64,000 bases of DNA from Candidatus Heimdallarchaeota archaeon (GCA_019057815.1 JAHLWR010000002.1:96001-160000); one strand, 5' to 3'. Numbered from the stretch's first letter, positions 18,560 to 29,585 are shown. Translations and numbers: made by a program. The notes: generated from the sequence alone by a model not told the origin.

Positions 18560-21100
18560 TTACACATATGCTTGATATTCTTCATAATTTTCAATTATTT
18601 TTAGATCAGATTCTTTCAGTAATTTGAGTGATTCCATTGCCCCTATTTTGTTTAATGGCTGATTATTATTACCACATTGATAGCTGTAAGTGCATCTAGG
18701 GCATCCATCTGTTGTCTTACATGTGCAGTTTTCTAGAATAATTATACTTCTTTTGAATCCTTCTTCTAATCGGTCGTACAGAAGTTTGGATAATCCACTC
18801 CCACCTTTAGCTCCATCATAGACAAAAATTGCACCAGAATCACCCATTGAAATACCCCCTAGTTCTGCATTCCCACCTCCTGTTAACATAGAACTTGATT
18901 CAATAAGGACATGTTCTACAGCATGGAAAGTTCCATTAAATAGCGCTTCTTCTGATATTTCAGGGAATCTAGAAATAATTTGAGATGGATGTGGGGCTGT
19001 AAACATAAAGCCTTTTGTTGGAAAAGTATAAACAATTGGGGGGTCTATTTCAGTTATTCCTAGAAGTTCATTAGAATATATATCAGTGATTTTATACCCA
19101 GTTACATATTCAGTTATCTGTAAATCACAGTAAACTACTTCAGTTCCGAGAACATTCTTTTTTTCAATTATTTGCGTTATCTTAGGTAAAGCAAACCGCA
19201 TAGAAGTAGTTTTTTGGTTTTGCGGGTTCATTTCTTCGACAACTATATCCCCTAGACCTAATTCAGGTTTGTAATTAAAGGAACGTGACCTATAGTATTT
19301 ACCACCATGAAGATATATTGCACCAGCATGGAGTTCTCGAGCTGCCATTGGCATAGATCGTTCTCCCAAAATCCTTTGCTTTACATCTTTGATAATCAAA
19401 GTATCTCCTATTCCTCTAATAGAGTAGTTTTTCAGAAGCTGTTCAATATCTTTTCTTCGAATAGGTCTATACAAGTTCTTTGAGGTTAACCTTATCAATT
19501 GTTCTTTCACAAGTTGCTTAATTATTGATTCAATTTCTAGAAATTCTCCCTTTTCAATTGGTTTATCAAGAATTGCTGCTAGAGTTTGATAATAGGAAAC
19601 AATTTCATTCTTTGGTTCTATATAACCTTTCCTTACATCTTCAAAGTAAGTGAATGGATGAGTACTATAATAAGTGCTGATGGGATCATCGTTCCTTAGA
19701 ATAAGGACTCCTATGGATTCTTGTCCTTTTCTACCTGCCCTTCCTAGTCTTTGAGTAAAACTCGTAACGTCAACAATGGAAGAAATAACAGCAGAAACAT
19801 CACCAATATCAATTCCTAACTCAAGTGTTGGAGTGGAAACAAGAATATCTAATTGCCCTTTTCTGAAGCTGTTCTCTACTCTGTCTCTATACTCTTTAGT
19901 CAAACCAGCTCGATGAACTGCTGATTTGAGCTTTGCACGTTTTAACATCAAATTAACTATTTCTGCATTTTTGTGATTATTTTGGAAACAAAGAGTTTTG
20001 TATTTAGAGTACAAGAGCTGTTGCGCTATTGATGCAGTAATTGTGTATTGACTAACAGCAAAAGGCATTACCATCAATAGATGAATTGCAGCTTTTCTAG
20101 CTGTTTCTACAGTTATTGCTTTTACATCTCTCCCAAAAAGCTGTGATGCAAATTCTTGACCATTTCCTATTGTTGCGCTTGCTCCAATAAACTTGATTTT
20201 ATATTTTGATAATCTCTGTAATCTTTTAAGTATAAAATATAGATTTGATCCGAAAGCTCCCACAGCAATGTGAATTTCATCAATTATAACGAATTTAACA
20301 CCTTGTAATAACTCTCTGAACTGTGTTCTTCGCATATGATAATGGAGCATATCAGGATTTGTGATGATTATATCAGGAGGATATTGAAAGATTCTATTGC
20401 GTACGTCTTTGGGCGTGTCACCATCAAAAATCTCTGAATTTATACCTAAGGCACTTCCATACATCCTTATTTTTTTATGCTGATCCTTTGCTAGTGCTTT
20501 AGTGGGATAAATGATTATTGCACTAACTCCTCTTCGCAAAAGAGGGTGAGGATTAGACTCCCAGATTTTTGAAATTACTGGTAAAAGAAATGATTCAGTT
20601 TTTCCAGTTCCGGTTGGGGTTACAATTACAATGTCTTTTCCCTTTTGAATCATTTCAAAGGCTTCTACTTGAAATTCAAAAAGAGTCTTTATCCCGCTTT
20701 CCTGAAGCATATTATTGAGCTCTTTTGGATAAATCTTTTTTTTACTGCTTATTGGGGGAAATTGTTGCTTGAGAAAACTGTAGAACACAATCTCATTATC
20801 TGGATTATCTATTATCCGCTTTACCACATTTGGAAGGGTGTCTGGTTCAATTCCTGCGTTTTTTATGAGTTTCATTTTTTCTTCTTTTGTTTTTCTTTTT
20901 ATAATAGGTAAGGCAGCATCTTTTTGCTTATTTTCTGGTTTTGAAGATTTTTTATTTCTTTGTTTCAACAATCTTTCATAAGCTTCTTCTTTATCTAGAG
21001 TATAGTATTGCTTATTTAACCCACAAAAAGAGCAAAAGAGAATTATAGAATCAACTTTTTTCGAGACAAAGAGCTCTTTTTCACAATCTGGACACTGCAT
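18560..21100 (-). CDS. DEAH-box helicase with DUF1998 Cys cluster (MrfA/Hrq/YprA family) and N-terminal Zn finger
   Basis: TPTGTGKT, DEIH, SAT, LELGIDIG, QRLGRAGR, HAVEH, DGAKGGSG, CxC...GCPRC...C. Confidence 0.92.
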   Translation of the reverse strand: MQCPDCEKELFVSKKVDSIILFCSFCGLNKQYYTLDKEEAYERLLKQRNKKSSKPENKQKDAALPIIKRKTKEEKMKLIKNAGIEPDTLPNVVKRIIDNPDNEIVFYSFLKQQFPPISSKKKIYPKELNNMLQESGIKTLFEFQVEAFEMIQKGKDIVIVTPTGTGKTESFLLPVISKIWESNPHPLLRRGVSAIIIYPTKALAKDQHKKIRMYGSALGINSEIFDGDTPKDVRNRIFQYPPDIIITNPDMLHYHMRRTQFRELLQGVKFVIIDEIHIAVGAFGSNLYFILKRLQRLSKYKIKFIGASATIGNGQEFASQLFGRDVKAITVETARKAAIHLLMVMPFAVSQYTITASIAQQLLYSKYKTLCFQNNHKNAEIVNLMLKRAKLKSAVHRAGLTKEYRDRVENSFRKGQLDILVSTPTLELGIDIGDVSAVISSIVDVTSFTQRLGRAGRKGQESIGVLILRNDDPISTYYSTHPFTYFEDVRKGYIEPKNEIVSYYQTLAAILDKPIEKGEFLEIESIIKQLVKEQLIRLTSKNLYRPIRRKDIEQLLKNYSIRGIGDTLIIKDVKQRILGERSMPMAARELHAGAIYLHGGKYYRSRSFNYKPELGLGDIVVEEMNPQNQKTTSMRFALPKITQIIEKKNVLGTEVVYCDLQITEYVTGYKITDIYSNELLGITEIDPPIVYTFPTKGFMFTAPHPSQIISRFPEISEEALFNGTFHAVEHVLIESSSMLTGGGNAELGGISMGDSGAIFVYDGAKGGSGLSKLLYDRLEEGFKRSIIILENCTCKTTDGCPRCTYSYQCGNNNQPLNKIGAMESLKLLKESDLKIIENYEEYQAYV

Positions 21101-21219
21101 TCAAAGACATAAACACATATTACTTAATAAAGCTGTATCCCTTACTGATAATCGTCTAGTAAAATACCAAAAAGATAGGTTTAAAATGGTTTTTTCTCCC
21201 ATATACTTGGAAGATAAGA

Positions 21220-21480
21220 ATGGCAGAAAATCTACGTGTATGCAAATGGAAGCAAAGTATTAGTGGTCGCAGTCCAGAGGGAACAGTTCAAAAAATCAAT
21301 TTTCCTTGCCGTTTCCCAGATTCAGATTTGACTTTCGAACTGTGCGTTCAATGTTTGCTAGGAGAACTATTCTCAGTGTTTTACACCCAAACGATGAACA
21401 TGCAAAAGAGCGGTAATATGCAAGAAGAAATTATGGCGTTCCTAAAAAATTTCACTTCTGAAGATTTTGATATGAGATGA
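21220..21480 (+). CDS. Small hypothetical protein with four Cys
   Basis: 86-aa ORF with ATG start and a TTTAAA-type box upstream. Confidence 0.55.
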   Translation: MAENLRVCKWKQSISGRSPEGTVQKINFPCRFPDSDLTFELCVQCLLGELFSVFYTQTMNMQKSGNMQEEIMAFLKNFTSEDFDMR

Positions 21481-21498
21481 ATAATGAAGCAAATAGAA

Positions 21499-24400
21499 CT
21501 ATTTGTAATAAGCTGATTTTCTCGAAAACAGAGCTATTACTAGAACAATTATTGTCAATGCTGCTGCACTGATAAGAGGGTACAAGTATGGCAAGGATGA
21601 AAATGTTATTTCAATATCTGTTGATATTAGTGGTATCTTGATCTTAATAACTGGTGAAAATGCTGACCATTCAAATGAGAATTGCTCTCCTTCTATCACT
21701 TCAGGTACATCCATTTTTATCTGGTGAACTTCTGAAACCATATTAGTAATCTCAAAGTTTGTATTAGCTGTTTGGAAAGTTGTTCCTTGGATTTCATAAA
21801 GAGACGAATATATTATAATTATCGGAGGAATAACAATTTCTCCCTCAATATTACTGAATACTTCTTGGATTCTAACCATTTCACCGGGATTTAAAGTCAC
21901 GTTAGCTAGATTTACTTTAGTGCATGAGAGGGTCGCTGAAGATGTTGTTGTAAGTAAGATTTCATTCTCTTCAGTGATATAGTGACTTGTTACTGATAAC
22001 GAATCAGCTAGTGAATTATCCAAAACCTGCGATATTGTAAGATTAGATGAAGAAAGACCAGTATTCGTTATTTCATAAATTACGGTTACTTGATTGTCTT
22101 CTGTAATTTGGTAATCAAAATCTAGAGATAACTCAGGTACAGGAAAACTTGGTCTTGTCTGATTTTGAAGTAAGAGTGGTGGAACAAGAATACCCGTAAC
22201 CATTGTAGAGCTTACAACATTCTTAGTTTCTCCACTAAATGTCCAAATTAATGGTTCGTTGGACCAAGGATTAGGAATCTCTAATGAATCTTCTGATTTA
22301 TCAGAAATAAAACTAATTAATGCCACATAAGTATTCAAACCTATATTGCTATTTGCATTTATTGAAAATTCTTTTACAAAACCTGTGTTACTATCTATAT
22401 GGCTAATACTAAAGGATTTTATTAGAACAATTTCTGTTGGCAACCACAGATAATTAAGTTTCAAGTTAACAATATCTACACGAACATCATATGCAGTTAG
22501 TGTTCCAACATTCTGGATATCAAGCAGAAAAGAAACCTTATCACCTACAACATAGATTGATTCATTTGAAAGTAACGTACTTCTAAGTACAGCCTCTTCA
22601 TCGCCTATTTGGAGATTGAGACCGTTTGTTAACCCATAATATTCTCTTCCAATTACATCTTGATATTTGAATCTGCTACCTAATGAAACAAATGTATCCG
22701 AAGCTGCATAATAATCACTAAGAAACCTTCCACTGATATTATTTTGCGCAAACATAGCTATCATGAGATTCTTATAATCGTATTCATAACTTTGGAATAA
22801 TATGTAGTCAAAAACTTCATCATATGATTGCACCTCAAAACGAAAAATACCAAACCTATCATTTGTTGTCGGAACATTCGCCAAATTCCATGAGATTTCT
22901 ACTGATTCATTTACATCAAGAACAGGTATATTACAGTAAAGATATGACCCAAAGATTGTTGAAACGTATGTAAAATCATTTTGATTTAATTGAAACAAAA
23001 TGATCTCATCATAGAGATTTTCGTACAGTGTATCATAGGCATTGTTAATTGCTGGTAAAAGAAGTTGATAAACTTCTTGAATCTTACCTGTTAGATTAGT
23101 ATAGAAATCCTCGATATCAAAATCTTTCATATATTCATCGAGTTTTTGTATAATAACATTGTATACATCCAAAGGAATACCATTTGAGCTCAATATTTCT
23201 AAATATTCATTTAACACGATAGTTGTGTTATCCATCCACCTTACAAGCATACCTTCAGTAATATTCTCATACCATCCTTGAATATCAAGTACTGGAATAG
23301 TAACATTTACATCTACAATATTATCGTAATAAACGCTAATTTGTATGAACGATGAAACAGTTTCATCGATTCTTATATCTTCTTTTAGAACAGGTGCATT
23401 AGCCCCATGTAACAATATTTCTTTAAAATCCTCTGGAATTGGAAAAACTATTGTTGTGTTTATTGCTGGAGACGAACCAACATTTCTAACACTATAAACC
23501 ATATCTAATACTCCATTTTGATTTAGATTATCATCAGAATAAGAAGAAGTTGTAACAACCCGTGGATATTCCATATCTAAGAATGTAGCAGGATAGTACT
23601 CAACTAGTGCATCAAAAGCTTGAAATCTTGGTATTAGAAGAAAACGTAGAGACCACTCAAAAACACCTGTAATCTCTGGAGCAAAATTATCTGGAGAGGG
23701 AGAGAGATGAGTGATATTTGCGGGAAAAGGCAGTTTGAAACTCACTTTCGATGAAATAGAACGAGGATTTGAAATGAGCTTTTCTCCTAAAACATTACTA
23801 ACATTCATGCTTCGCAATTGATTATTTTTACTTATACCTTTTTCAAGACCAAGCATAGCTTTACGGACTGTGAAGAACTGTCCATCATCAGATTTTTTAA
23901 GGGTATAACCAAATGCATATATTATCGGATTAGCTTTTATTCGCTCAAAAAAGATGTCTTCAAAATTACCATTACTACTATCATTATCTGGAGCAAAAAC
24001 GTCAACAAAAGCGACCAGAGCTTTAGAATAGGATAAAGCAGCCATTAAGGATAACTGAACTGAATATATACCGATTCTTTGGATATTATAGATTTCAAGC
24101 ATCACACCATAATGGTCATAAAAAACCTGTTGTACATGTTGGTACATATTTTGAATAATTTGTAGATTTGTTGTTTGAATTACTATTTTTACGCTCAAAC
24201 CATTTGGAAATTGCCAAAGAGGGTTTGTCCAGATTTTAGAAAAATTAGTTTGTTCAGTCACTATAAAATCAATTCGCGATACCCTTAATAGTGCAGGAGA
24301 TAGAAAATCAAAGTGAGTTTCATTTCTCATTCCATTTAATTCTAGATTCAAGAGAGCTGATTCTTCTTTTCCTGCAATTATTTCTATGCTCTCATAATAT

Positions 24401-24564
24401 AGATTGTTAAAAAAAGAAGAAGTGGAAGAAGTAATTGAGCCAGTTTCTACTTCTGATGCTTTAACAGAAGGAGTAAAAAACAAAACAGAGAGTAACACAG
24501 TGAGTACAAAAACGCATTTCACGATAGATGGGGTATTTATTTTCCAATATATTTCCGCACTCAT
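21499..24564 (-). CDS. Large secreted, C-terminally anchored protein with Ig/CARDB-like domains
   Basis: Signal peptide; repeated xxNxGxxxA strand motifs (VRNVGSSPA, IQNVGTLTA, ITNTGLSS); terminal TM. Confidence 0.7.
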   Translation of the reverse strand: MSAEIYWKINTPSIVKCVFVLTVLLSVLFFTPSVKASEVETGSITSSTSSFFNNLYYESIEIIAGKEESALLNLELNGMRNETHFDFLSPALLRVSRIDFIVTEQTNFSKIWTNPLWQFPNGLSVKIVIQTTNLQIIQNMYQHVQQVFYDHYGVMLEIYNIQRIGIYSVQLSLMAALSYSKALVAFVDVFAPDNDSSNGNFEDIFFERIKANPIIYAFGYTLKKSDDGQFFTVRKAMLGLEKGISKNNQLRSMNVSNVLGEKLISNPRSISSKVSFKLPFPANITHLSPSPDNFAPEITGVFEWSLRFLLIPRFQAFDALVEYYPATFLDMEYPRVVTTSSYSDDNLNQNGVLDMVYSVRNVGSSPAINTTIVFPIPEDFKEILLHGANAPVLKEDIRIDETVSSFIQISVYYDNIVDVNVTIPVLDIQGWYENITEGMLVRWMDNTTIVLNEYLEILSSNGIPLDVYNVIIQKLDEYMKDFDIEDFYTNLTGKIQEVYQLLLPAINNAYDTLYENLYDEIILFQLNQNDFTYVSTIFGSYLYCNIPVLDVNESVEISWNLANVPTTNDRFGIFRFEVQSYDEVFDYILFQSYEYDYKNLMIAMFAQNNISGRFLSDYYAASDTFVSLGSRFKYQDVIGREYYGLTNGLNLQIGDEEAVLRSTLLSNESIYVVGDKVSFLLDIQNVGTLTAYDVRVDIVNLKLNYLWLPTEIVLIKSFSISHIDSNTGFVKEFSINANSNIGLNTYVALISFISDKSEDSLEIPNPWSNEPLIWTFSGETKNVVSSTMVTGILVPPLLLQNQTRPSFPVPELSLDFDYQITEDNQVTVIYEITNTGLSSSNLTISQVLDNSLADSLSVTSHYITEENEILLTTTSSATLSCTKVNLANVTLNPGEMVRIQEVFSNIEGEIVIPPIIIIYSSLYEIQGTTFQTANTNFEITNMVSEVHQIKMDVPEVIEGEQFSFEWSAFSPVIKIKIPLISTDIEITFSSLPYLYPLISAAALTIIVLVIALFSRKSAYYK

Positions 24565-24664
24565 AGTGAAACCCTCTTATGTTTATTTAAGTTCAAAGTC
24601 AATTTTAAGGATTCTTTTCTAATTATATAGTGTTTACTTCGAGAAAATTCGAACTTCATCATAA

Positions 24665-25504
24665 TTACCACACCAAACCATTCATAATCAGAAACGCCAG
24701 CCCGTTTAGAGTGTAACTTGTCACTAAAGCGACAATTCCTGCCTTTTCAATCCTTAATTCTTTTATAACTATAATTGCCTCAATAAGTAAACCCAAAGTA
24801 ATAATTTGTGTAAAAATTAAAATTACAAACAACCATATTTCAAGATCTAACGGAGATACTGGATAATCAAAATCTACTACTAAAGATTCTAGAAGACTAA
24901 AAAGTACTAGTGGTATCTGTACTATTACAATACTTTGAAAAAGAGCCAATTTTTCTTTCTTTCTTTTGAAAAGAAATGAAGAAAATAATTCACATAGAAT
25001 ATATGTTACAAGAGTAGAAACAATAAAGAAAATGGGTGCGAAATATGCAGGAGATATTAAAGAAGGAAATAAGAATACAGGACTTGTTGACATGAAAAAA
25101 GTGGACACAGTTAATCCTACAAATAGAAGGAGTGTAAACCCTAGAGAACGAACAGAATCTGCATATATTAACTGAAAAACAGATCGAAGAAATAATGTAT
25201 GAAGAAAGGATAATTTTCCATATGCTTGGATTTCAGGAGCAGAGACATCTAGCTCATCTTCAATTAATACATAAGCTCTTCTTCCCTTTTCAGACAACAA
25301 GTATTTTTTAGTAGCATTTTGAGTTATTAATTCTCCAAGAGTATCTAAATGATGGTATAATGTACCAACTTTTGTACCAAAACGTGATTGAATGTCGGTA
25401 AACGAAACAACCCTCTTTTCTCCAATAAACACAAGTAAGTCCCTTCTTATTTGATTGGAGAGAGCTTTCCAAATATTCGAAGAAAGCTGTTTCTTGGAAT
25501 TCAT
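24665..25504 (-). CDS. ArsR-like winged HTH fused to a 5-TM (Yip1-like) membrane domain
   Basis: KALSNQIRRDLL...GTLYHHLDTL...YLLSEKG followed by TM helices. Confidence 0.75.
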   Translation of the reverse strand: MNSKKQLSSNIWKALSNQIRRDLLVFIGEKRVVSFTDIQSRFGTKVGTLYHHLDTLGELITQNATKKYLLSEKGRRAYVLIEDELDVSAPEIQAYGKLSFLHTLFLRSVFQLIYADSVRSLGFTLLLFVGLTVSTFFMSTSPVFLFPSLISPAYFAPIFFIVSTLVTYILCELFSSFLFKRKKEKLALFQSIVIVQIPLVLFSLLESLVVDFDYPVSPLDLEIWLFVILIFTQIITLGLLIEAIIVIKELRIEKAGIVALVTSYTLNGLAFLIMNGLVW

Positions 25505-25551
25505 TTATAATACTGATTAATACGATGTTAAATTTAAAACTTAGCTTTAAA

Positions 25552-26694
25552 TCAGTAATGGTTTATAAGATTGTATAGTGTATCACGTTCGACAGGAATA
25601 CGATTTGCATCTTTTATTATTGCTACAAAATCTTCCACTGTCATCAATTCACCATACGTTCCACCAGCTTTTTTTGTTATATTCTCAGTAAATAAAGTAC
25701 CCCCAAGATCATTTACTCCTGCATCTAGAGAAATTTGGGCTAGTTTTGGTCCAAGTTTTACCCAAGATGTTTGTATATTATTGATAGATTCACCTAAATA
25801 GAGTCTAGCTGCACTATAAAGAGCTAAATCGTGCATTCCTGAACTACTAGGTCGTGCACCTAGAAAGCGGTATAGAATAGTGTTTTGATGCATAAATGAT
25901 AATGGAACAAATTCAGTAAAACCCTTAGATAGTTCTTGTATCGTTTTGAGTAATACTAAATGCTCTGCTTCATCTATTAGTGATTCAACATGACCATACA
26001 TCATTGTTGCTGACGATTTTATTCCTACACGATGCCCCGTAAGAACAATGTTTACCCATTGTTCAGTAGATATTTTATCAGGGCAAATTACTTTTCTTAC
26101 TTCATCTACTAGTATTTCAGCAGCTGTTCCAGGAAAGGAACCTAGACCACTTTTTTTAAGTTCTTTGAAGATATCTTCTATATTCTCCCCCGAAAGTTGT
26201 GACATATAAGCTATTTCTGCAGGAGAAAAAGCGTGAATGTGTATGTTGGGCGCAGTTCGCTTTATTGTTTTCAACAAATCCTTATAATAAGCATAATTTA
26301 TCTGGGGGTCAAGCCCTCCTTGGATACAAACTTCTGTACATCCTCTAGCTAATGCTTTCTGCGTTTCTATTTCAATATCTTCAAGTGACATCCTTTTTGA
26401 AAGAGATCGATCGTTTCTAGAACCAGATTTGAAAGAACAAAACCTACATGTCCCTATACAATTATCTGTGAAATTAATATTTTGATTTATTACAAAAGTA
26501 ACATTTTTCCCTACTTGTTCTATTCTTGCTTCATCAGCTAATTCCATTTGAACTCTCAAATCTTTCCCCCTTTTCTTTAACATTGAAGTAAGTTGCATAA
26601 TTTCTTCTATGTTAGATTCTCTGAAACTTGAGATACTGATATGTTCATCAAGTTTAGGGGGAGAGAGGTTTTTCATGTCAATCTTTGTCTCCAA
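25552..26694 (-). CDS. cofH: FO synthase subunit CofH (radical SAM)
   Basis: NINFTDNCIGTCRFCSF, PGTAAEIL, TMMYGH, NIQTSWVKLG, NDLGGT. Confidence 0.92.
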   Translation of the reverse strand: METKIDMKNLSPPKLDEHISISSFRESNIEEIMQLTSMLKKRGKDLRVQMELADEARIEQVGKNVTFVINQNINFTDNCIGTCRFCSFKSGSRNDRSLSKRMSLEDIEIETQKALARGCTEVCIQGGLDPQINYAYYKDLLKTIKRTAPNIHIHAFSPAEIAYMSQLSGENIEDIFKELKKSGLGSFPGTAAEILVDEVRKVICPDKISTEQWVNIVLTGHRVGIKSSATMMYGHVESLIDEAEHLVLLKTIQELSKGFTEFVPLSFMHQNTILYRFLGARPSSSGMHDLALYSAARLYLGESINNIQTSWVKLGPKLAQISLDAGVNDLGGTLFTENITKKAGGTYGELMTVEDFVAIIKDANRIPVERDTLYNLINHY

Positions 26695-27739
26695 TTATTA
26701 TACGAATTCTATTGCTTAAATATTTTTCATAAAGAGGGTAAACAGGTAACCTTTCCTCAAGAATATACCTGTCCTTTTCAAGTAGCTTCTTAATTTTCTT
26801 CTCTTCTGGCCAGTCCATTGTAGGATTGATGAAATCTATTGTAACAGGAGAAATACCTCCTAAATCATTAGCTCCATGAGTTAAAGCATCTAGAATACGT
26901 TCACTGTTTAAGTTAGGTGGTACCTGAATATTTACAGATTTGGGTAGTATCACTCTTGCAAGAGATACTGAATCAAGAAAGTCTTTTTTTGATGGAGGGA
27001 GTCTATCAGCCATTGGTGTAGAAGGTATTGGATTGAAGTTTTGAATAATTACCTCTTGGATGTGGGAATATTGTTTGCTAATATTAGCAATAGATAGCAG
27101 AGATTCTATCCTTTCTTCTATATTTTCACCAATTCCAACAAGAATTCCAGTAGTAAAAGGAATTTTGAGCTTACCAGCATTCTCAATTGTCTCAAGTCTT
27201 TTTTTCGGATCCTTACCTGGGGAATTGCAATGAGGATGACCGTTCTCCATTAGACGTTTACTCACAGTTTCAAGCATCAATCCCATACTTGCATTTGAAT
27301 CCTTGAGATACGAAAGTTCTTCATAGGAGAGTATTCCAAGGTTTGAATGAGGTAATAAAGCATGTTCCAATGCAACTTCACAAAATTTTTTTACATATTC
27401 AACGGTTGAAGAACAACCATGATTTGCTAAAAAATCATGAGCATTCGAATACTTCGCTTCAGGTTTTTCTCCTAGAGTTAACAGAACTTCACTGCATTTG
27501 GTTCTTTTTGCTTCATTAAGGAGTTCAATGTATTTTGATGGAGGAATCCAAGATGAAACATCATCTGATACAAAACCACAATAATCACACTTGTTTCTAC
27601 ATTGACGAGTTACAGGAACGAAAATGTTACGTGAAAAAGTTATTTTGTTTTTGTAATTCTTAAAACGTTTCTCATTTGCTTTATGAGCAAGTTCTTCAGA
27701 GTTATTGATAACCAGAGATAAATACTCGTCGAGACTCAT
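26678..27739 (-). CDS. cofG: FO synthase subunit CofG (radical SAM)
   Basis: ITFSRNIFVPVTRQCRNKCDYC, LPHSNLG, SMGLMLE, PFTTGILVGIGE, QVPPNL, DLGGISP. Confidence 0.94.
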   Translation of the reverse strand: MSLDEYLSLVINNSEELAHKANEKRFKNYKNKITFSRNIFVPVTRQCRNKCDYCGFVSDDVSSWIPPSKYIELLNEAKRTKCSEVLLTLGEKPEAKYSNAHDFLANHGCSSTVEYVKKFCEVALEHALLPHSNLGILSYEELSYLKDSNASMGLMLETVSKRLMENGHPHCNSPGKDPKKRLETIENAGKLKIPFTTGILVGIGENIEERIESLLSIANISKQYSHIQEVIIQNFNPIPSTPMADRLPPSKKDFLDSVSLARVILPKSVNIQVPPNLNSERILDALTHGANDLGGISPVTIDFINPTMDWPEEKKIKKLLEKDRYILEERLPVYPLYEKYLSNRIRIIIGDKD

Positions 27740-28422
27740 TTCTTTTCCTCATCCAGTAATATCATTGAAACAAGAATACCCTCACTAACGCGTTTTGTTT
27801 GTATTATTTTAACTGATGTTGTTTTTTTCAAAGTGTTTTGTGATTCATCTCTTAATAGAGGAATACCCCCTAGATGTCCTACTAGAATCGGAGCGAAATA
27901 GATAAACATTTTATCAACTAATCTTCGTTGAATAAACTGTGAAATAATTGTTGATCCTCCTTCAACAAGTAATGTTTTAACATTAAAATCGTTTTTCAAA
28001 TGCTCGAGTATCTGCGTTAAATCAAGAAAATTAGTTGTTTCTTCTTCACCAACAGGAATAATTGTCACTCCAAGATTGTTAAATTCATCTCTTTTTTCGA
28101 TAGGATGGGTTCTAGAAACAAAAATTACAGTAGGATACTTTTTTTGTTCTTTGATTACATTAGAATCTATAGGAATTGAACCTTTAGAATCGAGAATAAC
28201 GCGAAGAGGGTGTTTTTTACGAGAAGTAACGTATCTAACGGTAAGCAATGGGTTATCAATGATAACAGTGTTTTTTCCTACAAGGATAGCATCAACACTA
28301 TTTCTCAATGAATGGACTCTTTCTAAATCTTCTCTACTTGACAGATGTAAAGCTCCTTTGTTAGAAGCAATGAAACCATCTAAGGAAGAAGCAACATTGA
28401 TAAACACTTTTGGTCTTTTCAT
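27736..28422 (-). CDS. arfC: 2,5-diamino-6-ribosylamino-4(3H)-pyrimidinone 5'-phosphate reductase (RibD C-terminal/ArfC)
   Basis: SLDG, VHSLR, DAILVGKNTV, DNPLLTVR, LLVEGG; no deaminase domain. Confidence 0.88.
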   Translation of the reverse strand: MKRPKVFINVASSLDGFIASNKGALHLSSREDLERVHSLRNSVDAILVGKNTVIIDNPLLTVRYVTSRKKHPLRVILDSKGSIPIDSNVIKEQKKYPTVIFVSRTHPIEKRDEFNNLGVTIIPVGEEETTNFLDLTQILEHLKNDFNVKTLLVEGGSTIISQFIQRRLVDKMFIYFAPILVGHLGGIPLLRDESQNTLKKTTSVKIIQTKRVSEGILVSMILLDEEKK

Positions 28423-29585
28423 TTTATTTTCTTTCCGTTAAACATCTGAAATATAATATCATTAGGTGTTGCTCGCAAAGTTATAGCTGTGTAAACATCT
28501 TTCGAATATTTTGTTCTAACACTTTCAAGATTTATTGCTACAAAATCTGCACTATAACCCGTTTCAAGTCTACCTATTTTTCTTTTTGCGATTATACCAG
28601 CGTTTACTGTTAATGCTTTCAGAATCTCAATTGGTTCTATTACTTTTCCTAGACTCAGACAACCTAACAAAGTATTTTTCATCAAGTGAAATGGATCTGG
28701 ATTAGACAACAAGATATTATCTGTTCCCAATCCTAGAAGCACTCCTTCATCCAGAATTTCCTTTATAGGAGGGAATTTCAAACCAAAATACATTGAAGTT
28801 AGTGGACAACACACAACGCTTACTTCTCGTACCTTCAATAGCTGTAAATCGTCTTTTATATCTGCATAGTTAGCATGAACAACAAAATCAATATCATACA
28901 AATCCAAAGCATGCTGTACATCGGTTTTACCAAAAGCATCAAGAGATCTAGAAACAATGTCTTCAGTTTCTGAAACATGGAGACTCAAAATAATATCGGG
29001 ATATTTAGATTTAAGAAAATCTATATTTTTTATATGTTCCTCATATTTATCATGAAGAGTGAAAATTGTTGAAAAACCTAACCCCTCACATGTAGCATGC
29101 CCTAGAATGTTATTGACATTACAATCCTTATTAGGACGACCAAGAACAATTCCTCTAATTGATGAGAGAAAAGGTACAAGAGCTTTCTTTAGCATAACTA
29201 CACCTGGCAAACCGCCTTCTCTATAATCAATGAATGAAGTAAAACCATTTTCGATAAGCATCTGTAAACTTAATTTCATTCCATCGATAAGAGCAGGTGA
29301 CGCAATTTCTTCTATTTTTGAATGTTTGAGACCATTCTTTCCAACAACTTCTTGTAATGACAAACCATATCCTTGATCTTTAAAAAAAGAGTCTCCAATA
29401 TGAGTATGAGCATTGATGAACCCAGGAATAAGTACAGAGTGAAAAGGAAGAGAAAAATCGGGTTCAGCTAAACTTTTAGAGGATATTTGTTGAATGTAAC
29501 CTTCAGCATTAATTTCAATATACAAATCATGTTCTAGTTGCAGTCCATTACCAATAAGAGCTTTAGGAGCAAAAATAACAGACAC
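28419..29585 (-). CDS. Amidohydrolase superfamily metal-dependent deaminase
   Basis: PGFINAHTHIGDS, DYREGG, HVSE, VHA, LGTDN, GYSADF. Confidence 0.85.
   Translation of the reverse strand: MSVIFAPKALIGNGLQLEHDLYIEINAEGYIQQISSKSLAEPDFSLPFHSVLIPGFINAHTHIGDSFFKDQGYGLSLQEVVGKNGLKHSKIEEIASPALIDGMKLSLQMLIENGFTSFIDYREGGLPGVVMLKKALVPFLSSIRGIVLGRPNKDCNVNNILGHATCEGLGFSTIFTLHDKYEEHIKNIDFLKSKYPDIILSLHVSETEDIVSRSLDAFGKTDVQHALDLYDIDFVVHANYADIKDDLQLLKVREVSVVCCPLTSMYFGLKFPPIKEILDEGVLLGLGTDNILLSNPDPFHLMKNTLLGCLSLGKVIEPIEILKALTVNAGIIAKRKIGRLETGYSADFVAINLESVRTKYSKDVYTAITLRATPNDIIFQMFNGKKIK

Noticed and set aside
25552-26694. MqnC/MqnE (futalosine pathway) call
   Set aside because: Overlap with cofG and linkage to arfC favour CofH
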